The notes under the pieces were generated by a model. It was not told the DNA's origin. It made no database searches and worked only from the letters and a program-made list of their open reading frames with translations. Shown here piece after piece: positions 1 through 9,708 of a DNA stretch of 64,000 bases. The first letter of the stretch is position 1, and each line of letters begins with the position of its first letter. The stretch comes from Dehalococcoidia bacterium (GTDB lineage Bacteria; Chloroflexota; Dehalococcoidia; Lucifugimonadales; QGNO01): contig CBDCQF010000007.1 in NCBI GenBank assembly GCA_965220545.1, positions 21,123 through 85,122 on the forward strand, read 5' to 3'. The position numbers were made by a program, and so were the translations under genes.

Positions 1-2
1 GG

Positions 3-527
3 GAGTGCCTGATAAGCTTCGTTTGCTCTTCGGTATCCAACATTCCCAGGATCAGCAGGAACCTGAAAGCGCTGGCGCAAGCATACGGGCAGCCCGTTTC
101 GTTGGACGATGATCCGCTCTATACCTTTCCACGGCCCGAACAGCTGGCGGACGCATCGGAGGATGATCTGCTCAAGCTGGGACTGGGATTCAGGGCCGGA
201 TACGTGGCCAAGATCGTGGAACGGGTGGCCGGAGGGCTGCTGGACATGGACGCCCTGCGCACGGCCGCATACGAGGATGCAAAGCCGGTTTTGATGGAGC
301 TGCCCGGCGTGGGCAACAAGGTCGCTGACTGCGTTTTGCTCTTCTCGCTGGAGAAGCCGGAGGGGTTCCCCATAGACCGTTGGATTCTGAGAGGGCTGGT
401 TGACTGGTACGGCCACAGCGAAAAGGCGCGTTACGGAGACCTAGCCTCATGGGCGCAGAGTAGGTGGGGGAGGAACGCGGGCTACGTCCAGCAGTACATG
501 TACCATTACAAGCGGTTGCTGGGCTAG
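3..527 (+). CDS. ogg: 8-oxoguanine DNA glycosylase, OGG1 type (HhH-GPD); 5' end lies outside the window
   Basis: The frame is open from the window edge. Translation begins ECLISFVCSSVSNIPRISRNLKALAQAYG, which closely resembles the human OGG1 ECLFSFICSSNNNIARI segment. The HhH-GPD motif LPGVGNKVADCVLLF...PIDRWI has the catalytic Lys and Asp in place. Confidence 0.85.
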   Translation, partial: ECLISFVCSSVSNIPRISRNLKALAQAYGQPVSLDDDPLYTFPRPEQLADASEDDLLKLGLGFRAGYVAKIVERVAGGLLDMDALRTAAYEDAKPVLMELPGVGNKVADCVLLFSLEKPEGFPIDRWILRGLVDWYGHSEKARYGDLASWAQSRWGRNAGYVQQYMYHYKRLLG

Positions 528-532
528 AGCTT

Positions 533-1255
533 TTACCGGTGGACTCTGAACCTGAGGAATATCTCGTCCGCCATGGCTTTGGTGGCCTCCCACTCTTCCG
601 CGTCGCCAACTACGGTGACCGAAATAGCATCGGAACCGGAAAGCGTTATAAGCATCGATCCGCGGTGGGAGCTTCCGATGGTGGTGTAGTCAATGCGGTA
701 GGAAGGCCGCGCCCTGCCGGGGAAAACGATGCCGCGTGAATCAATCGTGGCATCGAACATGGTGAGATTGCTTACGTATTCGTCGATGTCCGTAGTGCCA
801 ACTAACCGTTCGACCCGGACGGATACCTGGAGAGAAGAGTCGGGGTCGAAGGCCCAGTAGTCGAGGCCCTGTACTACGCCATTCTGCCATTCCAGAGGAT
901 GGGACAAGGCATATTGAACAACACCGGAACGCACTTCCTCTATCCACTCCGCAATAGGTTGCGGCGGGATGGGGTAGGGGAGAGGGGACGGGGTAGCAGT
1001 AGGCGAGGGAGTAGGAGTCGCGGTAGCGGTGGGTGTGAACGTAGGCGTGGGTAGGTTATCGATTGTTGCTTGAACGCGGGCCCTGATTGTGGCCTGAATG
1101 TCCGGCAGAGGGGTTGGAGTGGGCGAAGGAGTCGGCGTTGGAGTGAGAGCGGGCGACACGGGTGTTTCGTCCGTTCCAAGCGTCGATTCGGAAGCGCAAC
1201 CCAACAGTGTCACGCAGACCACGAGGAAGAATGCCAGGAGAATCCAACGTTTCAT
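533..1255 (-). CDS. Secreted lipoprotein with Pro/Thr-rich linkers, function unknown
   Basis: N-terminal signal peptide with lipobox (LLGCASES). Two low-complexity TPTPTPSPTPTP-type linkers precede a globular C-terminal domain. Confidence 0.6.
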   Translation of the reverse strand: MKRWILLAFFLVVCVTLLGCASESTLGTDETPVSPALTPTPTPSPTPTPLPDIQATIRARVQATIDNLPTPTFTPTATATPTPSPTATPSPLPYPIPPQPIAEWIEEVRSGVVQYALSHPLEWQNGVVQGLDYWAFDPDSSLQVSVRVERLVGTTDIDEYVSNLTMFDATIDSRGIVFPGRARPSYRIDYTTIGSSHRGSMLITLSGSDAISVTVVGDAEEWEATKAMADEIFLRFRVHR

Positions 1256-1284
1256 AGCAGGGAATTAGGATCCGTCGCAGAGGG

Positions 1285-2526
1285 CTACTGCTCAACCAGC
1301 CTTCTTACAAAGGCCTCCTCTTCCTCTCTGGTGGAGATTTCTCCCTCGATGCGGGCGTCGCGCAGCCGCTCCAGCAACAGTCCAACCCGCGGGCCCTGAG
1401 CTACGCCAAGGCGGGCCAGATCACGTCCGTTGAGGCGTGGCTTCACGTGCCGCCATTCGTTCAAGTAGCGCAGGGCTAGGCCGGACGAAGCTTCATCCTG
1501 CGAGAGCAAGGCCGTCACTCGCAAGGCGTGCGGGTCCAGGCCTTGGAGCGCGGCAACAATTCGTGAAGGCGAATCTTTGGGGCCCAACGATGCGACAGTG
1601 TTCCTGGCCTTAACGGCATCTCTCACCGTCTTGGCTTCGGTTGGGGGCATTTTCAGTCTTTGGATGAACCCTTCAGCGTGTGATTCGCTCATGGTAGCGG
1701 CCAGCAAGGCCAGGTATGACCGGGGATTCGTGTCACGAGCGGATGCCGGTACGGCGGAGAGCCTGCGCTCCAACTCCTCTTCAGACGGAAGATGCCGGTA
1801 CAAGGCCACGAGCAGGCCCAATCGAGCGGCACGGAGCAAGATTGCGGGGGCTTTCTCCTCCTTGAAGATGATGCTCATCTCACGTCGTAGGCGGTCGCCG
1901 CTTATGGTGTCAAGATACGAGACGCCGGACTTGAGCAACGCCTCCGTGTCATGGCTTAGTCTGAAGCCCAGGCGCTGCTCATACCTAATGGCCCTGAGCA
2001 TCCTGGTGGCGTCGTCGCGGAAGCTGCCGTCGTGGAGCACGCGGATAGTCCGCGACCGGATGTCATCCCGGCCTCCACACGGGTCCAGGACGACGACCGG
2101 TTCGGGCGTTAGCCTGAGAGCCATGGCGTTGATGGTGAAATCGCGGCGTTGAAGGTCGTCATCTATGGAGCTGGGGGAAACGGTGGGCAAAGCGCCCGGT
2201 CTGCGGTAGGTCTCACGTCGGGAAGTGACCACATCCACGGACTCACCGGCCATATCCACCTTGAACGTGCCAAACTGGGAACGGGCAACAACCCTCCCCG
2301 ATAGCCTAGCGGCCAGCGCATGCGCCACGGTGGATGCGTCGCTCTCAACGGTGATGTCCAAGTCCGCTACTGGCTCATCCATGAGCAGGTCGCGAACTGC
2401 GCCTCCCACCAGGTAGATGGGGGCGCCGTGCTTCACGCCTATCTCCACCGCTTCGTTTAGAATGTCGCTGCGAAGCCGACCCAGAGTTGCGTCCAACTTG
2501 TTTTTGAGTTCTTCAGGTTCAAACAT
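1285..2526 (-). CDS. cca: CCA-adding tRNA nucleotidyltransferase / poly(A) polymerase family protein
   Basis: Pol-beta nucleotidyltransferase head motif GGAVRDLLMDEPVADLDI, plus the RRDFTINAMA motif. Confidence 0.85.
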   Translation of the reverse strand: MFEPEELKNKLDATLGRLRSDILNEAVEIGVKHGAPIYLVGGAVRDLLMDEPVADLDITVESDASTVAHALAARLSGRVVARSQFGTFKVDMAGESVDVVTSRRETYRRPGALPTVSPSSIDDDLQRRDFTINAMALRLTPEPVVVLDPCGGRDDIRSRTIRVLHDGSFRDDATRMLRAIRYEQRLGFRLSHDTEALLKSGVSYLDTISGDRLRREMSIIFKEEKAPAILLRAARLGLLVALYRHLPSEEELERRLSAVPASARDTNPRSYLALLAATMSESHAEGFIQRLKMPPTEAKTVRDAVKARNTVASLGPKDSPSRIVAALQGLDPHALRVTALLSQDEASSGLALRYLNEWRHVKPRLNGRDLARLGVAQGPRVGLLLERLRDARIEGEISTREEEEAFVRRLVEQ

Positions 2527-2589
2527 GGTTCTATTATAGACAGGCTGTTACGCTATATAGGTACAATACTCCGGGAAAATGGTCAAAGT

Positions 2590-3282
2590 ATGAAAGTAGA
2601 CACCAATACAATCGAGGCCAAGCTGGGGCTCTCCTTCAGGAACAAGAGCCTGCTGGAGCAAGCGCTAAGACACCCTTCCTACGTCAATGAGCACCCCGAA
2701 TCCGGCGATTCCTACCAGAGAATGGAGTTCTTGGGAGACGCGTTTCTAGATGCCTTCGTGGCGCTAACCCTGTATCAGAAGCACCCTTCCGTGGATGAGG
2801 GATCGCTCACGGAGATGCGCTCTCAGATAGTAAGCGGCAAAACACTGGCAAGGGCGGCCAGGCGTTTGGACATAGGCGAGCATTTGCTGCTGGGACAGGG
2901 AGAGATAGCCAGCGGAGGAAAAGGACGGGACTCCAACCTTGCCGCGGCCCTGGAGGCGCTGCTGGGCGCGGCGCTTCTTGACCGCGGCTACCACGCCGCA
3001 CAAAAGCTGGCATTGAGCATGCTCAAGCCGGAGCTGTCCGAGATAGCATCGGAACAAACGGGCAATCCAAAGTCCAGTCTGCAACAGGTCTTGCACCGCA
3101 TGGGGAAGTCCGAACCGACGTACAGGCTGGCCGGTTCGGAAGGACCGGCGCACCGGCAGACGTTTGTAGTTGAAGTGCTGGTGGACGGAGACGTTCTTGG
3201 CGAAGGCCAGGGAAGACGGAAGCTGGACGCCGAGCAAGAGGCGGCGCGCCAGGCTTTGACGAAGCTTGAACCTGTGCCCTGA
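2590..3282 (+). CDS. rnc: Ribonuclease III
   Basis: RNase III signature ERMEFLGDAFLD-like (QRMEFLGDAFLDAFV) and a C-terminal dsRBD (KSSLQQVL...YRL..EGPAH...F.VEV). Confidence 0.92.
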   Translation: MKVDTNTIEAKLGLSFRNKSLLEQALRHPSYVNEHPESGDSYQRMEFLGDAFLDAFVALTLYQKHPSVDEGSLTEMRSQIVSGKTLARAARRLDIGEHLLLGQGEIASGGKGRDSNLAAALEALLGAALLDRGYHAAQKLALSMLKPELSEIASEQTGNPKSSLQQVLHRMGKSEPTYRLAGSEGPAHRQTFVVEVLVDGDVLGEGQGRRKLDAEQEAARQALTKLEPVP

Positions 3283-3299
3283 GCATTTCAACCGGCAAC

Positions 3300-3725
3300 A
3301 TGATCACCTACACAGATTCCACCGAGGATGTAACTCCGGCTCAACTCAAGGGCTTCTTCGAGGGCTGGTTGGACCCACCATCGCCGGAAGTGCACCTTGA
3401 GCTACTCAACAAGAGTGACTGCATCGTCCTGGCAAAATCGGGTGAGGGACGTATAGTCGGCTATGTAACTGCCCTGACAGACGGCGTCCTGACCGCATAC
3501 GTATCCTTTATTGAAGTGATTCCGGAGTTTCGCGGAAGAGGAATTGGAACAGAGCTAATGAAGAGATTGATGCAGCGTTTTGAAAAGCTCTACGCCATCG
3601 ATTTGATGTGCGATCCGGAAGTGGCCCCATTCTACGAGAATCTAGGGTTCCACTCAGGAAACGGCATGATGATACGCAGGTACAGGAGCAACGATTCAAA
3701 CCAGCGTCCGGCTGGTACGCCATAG
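3300..3725 (+). CDS. GNAT family N-acetyltransferase
   Basis: Acetyl-CoA binding motif-A-like segment EFRGRGIGTELMKRL. The 141-aa size is typical. Confidence 0.75.
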   Translation: MITYTDSTEDVTPAQLKGFFEGWLDPPSPEVHLELLNKSDCIVLAKSGEGRIVGYVTALTDGVLTAYVSFIEVIPEFRGRGIGTELMKRLMQRFEKLYAIDLMCDPEVAPFYENLGFHSGNGMMIRRYRSNDSNQRPAGTP

Positions 3726-3782
3726 CGGTCTGAAACAAGCGAGTGCTATGATGAATAGACCCATCCAAGCGAGGCGCGCACT

Positions 3783-4745
3783 TTGAGACTGTTCGGACGC
3801 GGGAAGAGCACACCCGAGAACACGGAGCAGGGACTACGTCGTACCAGGGACACGTGGTTCAGCCGCGTATCGCATCTCTTTCAGAGTAACCGGATATCCA
3901 GCGAGACCTGGGAAGAGCTGGAGGAAGCGCTGATATCGTCGGACGTAGGCGTGAACACTACTTTGCAGGTTGTGGAACGTGCCAGGGAGCAAACCGGCGC
4001 CGGAGGGGCATCGACGGCTCTGCAGGCCGTCAAGCAGGAACTACTGTCCTTGCTGAAAGAGCCGGCAGGGCAGGGGAAGCGTATATTTGAAGAGGGCGGA
4101 ACACGTCCCAAGCCGCTGGTGATCCTGGTGGTGGGGGTCAACGGCTCCGGCAAGACTACCAGCATTGCCAAGCTGACCAGGGTGTTTCGGGAGTCGGGCG
4201 ATAGCGTGATATTGGGCGCGGCAGACACGTTCCGGGCCGCCGCCATAGAGCAGCTGCAGACGTGGGCCGAGAGACTGGGTGTAGAGGTGGTGGCCAATCA
4301 GCCCGGCGGAGACCCCGCCGCGGTGGCCTTCGACACCCTGCAGGCAGGGAAGGGCCGCAATGCCGACGTGGTGATAATAGATACGGCGGGACGGCTCCAT
4401 TCCAAGAGCAACCTCATGGAGGAGTTGAAGAAGATTAGAAGAGTGCTGGAGAGACAGGACCCCGAAGCGCCTCACCTGACCTTGCTGGTGCTCGACGCTA
4501 CAACCGGCCAGAACGGCCTGGCGCAAGCCAAAGCGTTCACCGAAGCGGTGAGGTGCGACGGGGTGCTCCTGGCCAAGCTGGACGGCACTGCCAAGGGCGG
4601 AATCGTCTTTGCCATAGGAGAGCAGCTGGGTTTGCCGGTGCTTTTCATTGGAACCGGAGAGGACGCTGGCGATCTGTCGCCGTTTGAGCCGGAGACATTC
4701 GTGGAGGCGCTGTTCGCTTCCAGCAGCGCGGAGATAGTGGCGTAA
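3783..4745 (+). CDS. ftsY: Signal recognition particle receptor FtsY
   Basis: SRP GTPase motifs GVNGSGKTTSIAKL, DTAGRLH, AKLDGTAKGG. Apparent TTG start. Confidence 0.92.
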   Translation: MRLFGRGKSTPENTEQGLRRTRDTWFSRVSHLFQSNRISSETWEELEEALISSDVGVNTTLQVVERAREQTGAGGASTALQAVKQELLSLLKEPAGQGKRIFEEGGTRPKPLVILVVGVNGSGKTTSIAKLTRVFRESGDSVILGAADTFRAAAIEQLQTWAERLGVEVVANQPGGDPAAVAFDTLQAGKGRNADVVIIDTAGRLHSKSNLMEELKKIRRVLERQDPEAPHLTLLVLDATTGQNGLAQAKAFTEAVRCDGVLLAKLDGTAKGGIVFAIGEQLGLPVLFIGTGEDAGDLSPFEPETFVEALFASSSAEIVA

Positions 4746-4777
4746 GCTGATTACACATCGCCACCTGATTTACCAAA

Positions 4778-7165
4778 GTGATTGACTTTCTAACCTGGCT
4801 AATCGCGATAGAGCTAATCGGCATCATAGCTCTACCTATAGTGTACTACCTCACTCCGTGGCTGCCGGACCGCGGTTACAGCTTGGCGAAGCCGGTCGCG
4901 CTACTGCTGGTCTTCTATCCCCTCTGGCTGCTAGCGTCTACGCCGTTCATACCCAACAGCACTTTCATCATCTGGCTGATCCTGGCTGCCCTAATTGCTG
5001 TTTCGGTTTGGTTGTTTAGGCGGTATAGATCCGAGATAGTTTCGTTCTACAAGCGAGAGCAAAGAACCATCATCATCATGGAGGCGGTCTTCATCATCGT
5101 CTTTTCAATAGTGGTGCTGTTCAAAATCTACGACCCGGGCATAAACCACACGGAACAGCCCATGGATTTCGCCTTCTTGAACGCTTCGGCATCAAGCCAG
5201 CACTTCCCACCGCAGGACCCCTGGCTGGCCGGGGAAAGCGTCAGCTACTACTACCTGGGCTATCTGATCTTTGGTGGCATAAGCCGCCTGGCGGACGTGC
5301 CAACGTACGTGGGCTACAACCTGGCGCTGGCCACCGTGGCGGGAATGGCGGCAACCGTGATATTCGGCCTTGCCTATAACATGGTGAGGCTAGTGGGAGG
5401 ACGGCTGAGCAGCGCCGTGATCACAGGCTCCGTAGCCATATTGCTTCTGATGGGCATCGCCAACCTGGTGAGCGGCCTTGAACTGGTGCGAGCGGGAGGA
5501 GGCGGCACGCCGGGCTTCTGGGAGTGGGTGGATATCAAGGGCCTGGACGCCCCTCAACAGTCCTCCGAGTGGTATCCCTCGGAACAGGGTTGGTGGTGGT
5601 GGCGGGCAACACGGGTGATAGATACCGTAGAAGACGGCGCCAGCAAAGACTACACCATCACGGAGTTCCCGTTCTTCAGCTTCCTTGTAGGCGATTTGCA
5701 TCCACACGTAATGAGCCTGCCATTTGTGCTTGCCTGGCTGGGATTCATGCTGAACTTCATTGTATCGCCCTTGCGGTTAGTAATACGCTGGGGCTTGCCG
5801 GACTACAACACTCTAGTCTCGCTGGGGATCATGGGGCTGTTCCTGGGGGCGCTGGCCTTCATCAACTTTGTGGATATTGCGGTATTTGGAGCCGTCTTTG
5901 TCGGAATAGCCGCGATCAAGGGCTACAGTCAGAGGAGGTCGGCTTGGCGCGGGTTTGCGGCAGGGCTGGCCGTTGCAGCGCCCGTCCTGGCGCTGGCCGT
6001 TGTCCTCTACCTTCCGTTCTACTTCTCGTTCCGCAGCCAGGCAAGCGGCATCATGACAGTTGAAGAGTACGTAACAAGGCCGTTCCATTTCTTCATTATA
6101 TGGGGACTGTTCTTAGCCATAGTTGTGCCGTTCCTGCTATGGGAGATGGCTGCGCTGGCGCGCCAGAGGAACGGCCTCAAACGAAGAGCAGCTATTGCGG
6201 TATCGCTTGCTGTAGCGCTCTTGCCGTGGGTGGTCTGGTTTCTGTTCCAAGGAGTGCTGGACTGGGACATCTTAGAAACGATGGGTACGGCCTGGGGCCG
6301 GCTCATTCACATACTACCCCTCGCTTTGCTTATAGCCATGGCCGTTTACGGAGCATTGCTGCGGTCCCGCGCCAGCGCCGAAGCAAGCATGCACCAAGGC
6401 GCCCTAGCCCTGACCTTTGCCCTGGCAATAGCGGCGATGGCCTTCCTGCTGATCATGGGGCCGGAGCTGTTCCGCATCCTGGACCTGTTCGGCAACCGTA
6501 TGAACACCGTGTTCAAACTATCGTATCAGGCGTGGGCGCTGTTCGCCGTAGTAGGGGCGTTCGCCCTGTACCATTTGGTCTCACGCATCGATGGAATGAA
6601 TCCGGCGATGCGCCTGGCGGCGTACGGATGGGCAGGGGTGCTTGCAGTGGGAGTATTGGTATCGTTCTACTATATACCGGCTGCGGCGTACACCAAGTCG
6701 TCCGGGCCTTATGGAAATGCGACCCTGGATGGCTTAGCATACGTAGAAGCGGCCAACCCCTCGGAGCGGTCTGGAATCGAGTGGCTCAGAGAGAATGCGG
6801 GAGCCGATGATAGAATTGTGGAGGCCGTGGGAGACTCCTATTCGGATTATGGCAGGATATCTTCCAGCACCGGTATTCCAACGGTGCTTGGGTGGCCATT
6901 ACATGAGCAGCAGTGGCGCGGATCGAGAGAGCCGTTCGAAGGCCGCGAGGAGGACGTGCGCACTCTCTATCGGACAGCCAACCCGGACGAGGCCAGGGGA
7001 ATCCTGGACAAGTACAAGATTACTTACGTGATAGTAGGCCCGCGGGAATTGGCAAAATACGGCAGCGACGGATTGAGCAAATTCAAGGAACTGGGAGAGC
7101 TGGTTTCCCCCGGTTCCAGCGATTCAATAGACCAGGGAGAGATGCTGATCTACCGTGTGGGATAA
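4778..7165 (+). CDS. DUF2298 / Chlor_Arch_YYY (TIGR03662-like) polytopic membrane protein
   Basis: Highly hydrophobic 795-aa protein containing the diagnostic YYYxG motif (SVSYYYLGYLIFG). A soluble C-terminal domain follows. GTG start; the 3' end overlaps the next gene by 11 nt. Confidence 0.8.
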   Translation: MIDFLTWLIAIELIGIIALPIVYYLTPWLPDRGYSLAKPVALLLVFYPLWLLASTPFIPNSTFIIWLILAALIAVSVWLFRRYRSEIVSFYKREQRTIIIMEAVFIIVFSIVVLFKIYDPGINHTEQPMDFAFLNASASSQHFPPQDPWLAGESVSYYYLGYLIFGGISRLADVPTYVGYNLALATVAGMAATVIFGLAYNMVRLVGGRLSSAVITGSVAILLLMGIANLVSGLELVRAGGGGTPGFWEWVDIKGLDAPQQSSEWYPSEQGWWWWRATRVIDTVEDGASKDYTITEFPFFSFLVGDLHPHVMSLPFVLAWLGFMLNFIVSPLRLVIRWGLPDYNTLVSLGIMGLFLGALAFINFVDIAVFGAVFVGIAAIKGYSQRRSAWRGFAAGLAVAAPVLALAVVLYLPFYFSFRSQASGIMTVEEYVTRPFHFFIIWGLFLAIVVPFLLWEMAALARQRNGLKRRAAIAVSLAVALLPWVVWFLFQGVLDWDILETMGTAWGRLIHILPLALLIAMAVYGALLRSRASAEASMHQGALALTFALAIAAMAFLLIMGPELFRILDLFGNRMNTVFKLSYQAWALFAVVGAFALYHLVSRIDGMNPAMRLAAYGWAGVLAVGVLVSFYYIPAAAYTKSSGPYGNATLDGLAYVEAANPSERSGIEWLRENAGADDRIVEAVGDSYSDYGRISSSTGIPTVLGWPLHEQQWRGSREPFEGREEDVRTLYRTANPDEARGILDKYKITYVIVGPRELAKYGSDGLSKFKELGELVSPGSSDSIDQGEMLIYRVG

Positions 7166-9650
7166 CGAGACCGACGCCCCAGCCCCAGCCGTCGAAGAAG
7201 CCATGGAGGAAGCGCCTCCACTGGAAGAAACGACGGATGCAAACGAACGAAGCGACGCCCCCTGGCGCCGCTGGGAAGTCGGCGCCTACGCTGGGATTCT
7301 GATCCTGGCGCTGGTGTTGCGGCTGTGGGACCTGGGAGGGCAGGCGCTTCATCACGATGAAAGCCTGCACGCGGTGTATTCGTGGTACCTGTACGACGGC
7401 AGGGGCTATGTGCACAACCCATTGATGCACGGCCCGTTCCAGTTCTTTGGCACCGCCGCCATTTACTGGGTACTGTGGGACTCCGACTTCACGGCGCGAC
7501 TACTCCCTGCGATGTTCGGAGTGGCCCTGGTGGGCACTCCACTTCTGCTCCGCCCGTACCTGGGACGCAGCGGCGCTATGATCACGTCGGTTCTGCTCAC
7601 CCTTTCGCCGTCGTTCCTCTACTTCTCACGCTTTGCCCGCAATGACATCTACATGGCGGTCTGGGTTATGTTGCTCATAGCCTTCATATGGCGCTACCTG
7701 GACAGCGGCAAAGCCAGATATCTGGTTGGCATAGCGGCAGCGCTGGCGCTGGCGTTCTCCACAAAGGAGAGCACTTTCTTAGTGGTGCTCGTCCTGGGCA
7801 GCTATCTGCTTATACGCGCCCTGTGGGACGTTCTCCCCTGGCTGATAGGACGCAAGTCTCTGAAGAGCTTCTCCAGACCAGGAGACCTGGTGGTCTTGAT
7901 AGGCACCCTGACCCTGCCGCTAGCGGGGGCAAGCATAGGCATATTCCAGAACGTACTGGGGCTTACCCTGACCAATCCCGACAGCAGCGTTGCTCCTCAC
8001 GGCTTACCCATAGGAAGCGGCCTGTTCGTGGCCTTTGCGGTAGTAGCGGTCGTGTTGATAACGTCGCTGGTAATCGGCCTGCGATGGAAGGGCAACGGCG
8101 CCCTTGAGTGGCTGGTCTTTGCCGTTGCATGGGGATTGGGGCTGTTCCTCCTGATGACGGCAATAAGTATGGTCAGCAACAACAGCCTAATGGAATACTA
8201 CAGGCTGATGGACTACTTCCCGCCGCTTGCCGTAGTAGGAGTGTCCGTTGGAGCCATAGGGGTGGGAATCTGGCGCAAGGGTTGGTGGCTGGTCAGCTTT
8301 GGCGTTTTCTTCACCATCTGGGCCTTGCTGCACACCACTTTCCTCACCAACCCCGCCGGTCTGGGCACGGGCATCTGGCAATCCCTGGGGTACTGGATAG
8401 AACAGCAGGGCGTGGGAAGGGGAAATCAGCCCTGGTACTACTACATAGTAATCGGCCTGAACTACGAATTCCTGGCCATGCTGCTTGGCGGCATAGCCAT
8501 ATTGCTGTTTGCTAGACGAGGCGATTCTTTCAGCCGTTTCCTGGTGTACTGGGCGGTGCTCAATTTCCTCCTCTACACCTATGCCAGCGAAAAGATGCCC
8601 TGGCTGCTGGTCGGTGTCTCCTTACCGTTCCTGGTCCTAGCGGGGAAGCTGCTGGGACAACTCTGGGACAGCAAACCATGGATAAAGACAGCCTTGCCGG
8701 AACCTGAACCTCCGGTAGAAGGAACCGAGGGGCCGGGTCCGGAAACCGCATGGCAGGTTTTGAGAGCTTCCCATACCCCGGTAGAAGGAACCGAAGAATT
8801 GGATACGGAACCGGAGCCCCAACCACTGCCGCAGCGAGTACACTGGCCGGCCGTAGCCCTATGTTTGAGCATCGGTCTGCTGGTGCTGGCCACGGTCTGG
8901 GGGCTGGCGCAGGCGCTGCCCAGCGAGACCTCATCCAACATGACGGAGACGGCGGCGGTGGGCCTGATAGTCGCCATGCTGCTGGCAATCTCAATCTACC
9001 TCTGGTTCAAGACAGGCGGAAGCAAGGGCAGAACGCTGATAGGTCTCTCGCTGGCCCTGGCAATGACGGCGGTGGCCGTGCCGTCGTCGTTCCGTGCCGC
9101 ATATGCCAACGCGGACATTCCAGTGGAAATGCTGGTATACACGCAGACGGCGCCCGACATACCGGACATTGTGAACAACATCGAACGGCTGGGAGAGGAA
9201 ACGGGGAAGGGCAGGGACGTCAGCGTACGAGTGGACAGCACGGACGGCTACAGCTGGCCTTGGGCCTGGTACCTGCGAGACTACAGGAACGTGAGCTACC
9301 CGTGTTGGAGCAACGACGCGGGCTGCCAGAGCTTGACGGAATCGCCGGAAGCCGACGTGGTTCTCCTGGCGGCGCGGAACCAACCGGCATTGGCGCGATA
9401 CCTAACCAGGTTCCAAGAAGGAGAACGGTACAAACATAGATGGTGGTTCCCCGAGAACTACAGGGAACTGACGCCTGCCAAGCTGGCGTCAGGATTTAGC
9501 AGCAGGGAATCGTGGTGTACGGTGGTCAGCTATTTCTGGGACCGCGAGGTACCCACAGGACTGGGTTCCTCGGACGGATACGCCTACTTCCCCGCCGGTT
9601 TCGATGTAGAACCCATCGGAGTGGAAGAGGCCGCTCAGTCACAGTGCTGA
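7155..9650 (+). CDS. TIGR03663-family membrane protein (GT-C / dolichyl-phosphate-mannose mannosyltransferase-like N-terminus)
   Basis: The N-terminal segment HHDESLHAVYSW...HNPLMHGPFQFF carries the DE dipeptide and HGP tripeptide described as near-invariant for TIGR03663. Many TM helices. The start is uncertain: GTG 7155 or ATG 7203. Confidence 0.8.
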   Translation: MWDNETDAPAPAVEEAMEEAPPLEETTDANERSDAPWRRWEVGAYAGILILALVLRLWDLGGQALHHDESLHAVYSWYLYDGRGYVHNPLMHGPFQFFGTAAIYWVLWDSDFTARLLPAMFGVALVGTPLLLRPYLGRSGAMITSVLLTLSPSFLYFSRFARNDIYMAVWVMLLIAFIWRYLDSGKARYLVGIAAALALAFSTKESTFLVVLVLGSYLLIRALWDVLPWLIGRKSLKSFSRPGDLVVLIGTLTLPLAGASIGIFQNVLGLTLTNPDSSVAPHGLPIGSGLFVAFAVVAVVLITSLVIGLRWKGNGALEWLVFAVAWGLGLFLLMTAISMVSNNSLMEYYRLMDYFPPLAVVGVSVGAIGVGIWRKGWWLVSFGVFFTIWALLHTTFLTNPAGLGTGIWQSLGYWIEQQGVGRGNQPWYYYIVIGLNYEFLAMLLGGIAILLFARRGDSFSRFLVYWAVLNFLLYTYASEKMPWLLVGVSLPFLVLAGKLLGQLWDSKPWIKTALPEPEPPVEGTEGPGPETAWQVLRASHTPVEGTEELDTEPEPQPLPQRVHWPAVALCLSIGLLVLATVWGLAQALPSETSSNMTETAAVGLIVAMLLAISIYLWFKTGGSKGRTLIGLSLALAMTAVAVPSSFRAAYANADIPVEMLVYTQTAPDIPDIVNNIERLGEETGKGRDVSVRVDSTDGYSWPWAWYLRDYRNVSYPCWSNDAGCQSLTESPEADVVLLAARNQPALARYLTRFQEGERYKHRWWFPENYRELTPAKLASGFSSRESWCTVVSYFWDREVPTGLGSSDGYAYFPAGFDVEPIGVEEAAQSQC

Positions 9651-9708
9651 TTGGTGTTTTCCGTTCCTCGCTGTACGCGGCTGGCATGCCGCATTTATAC
9701 TTGAACCA

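Noticed and set aside
533-1255. The Pro/Thr-rich repeats as a tandem-repeat or contingency locus.
   Set aside because: They are low-complexity linker coding (TPTPSP) with imperfect DNA repeats, typical of secreted-protein linkers. No perfect tandem units were seen.
9677-9700. The hairpin GCGGC-tggcat-GCCGC plus ATTTAT as a terminator between the TIGR03663-like and UPF0104 genes.
   Set aside because: The stem is only 5 bp and the T-tract is poor. The flanking genes look co-oriented and functionally linked, so an efficient terminator is unlikely.
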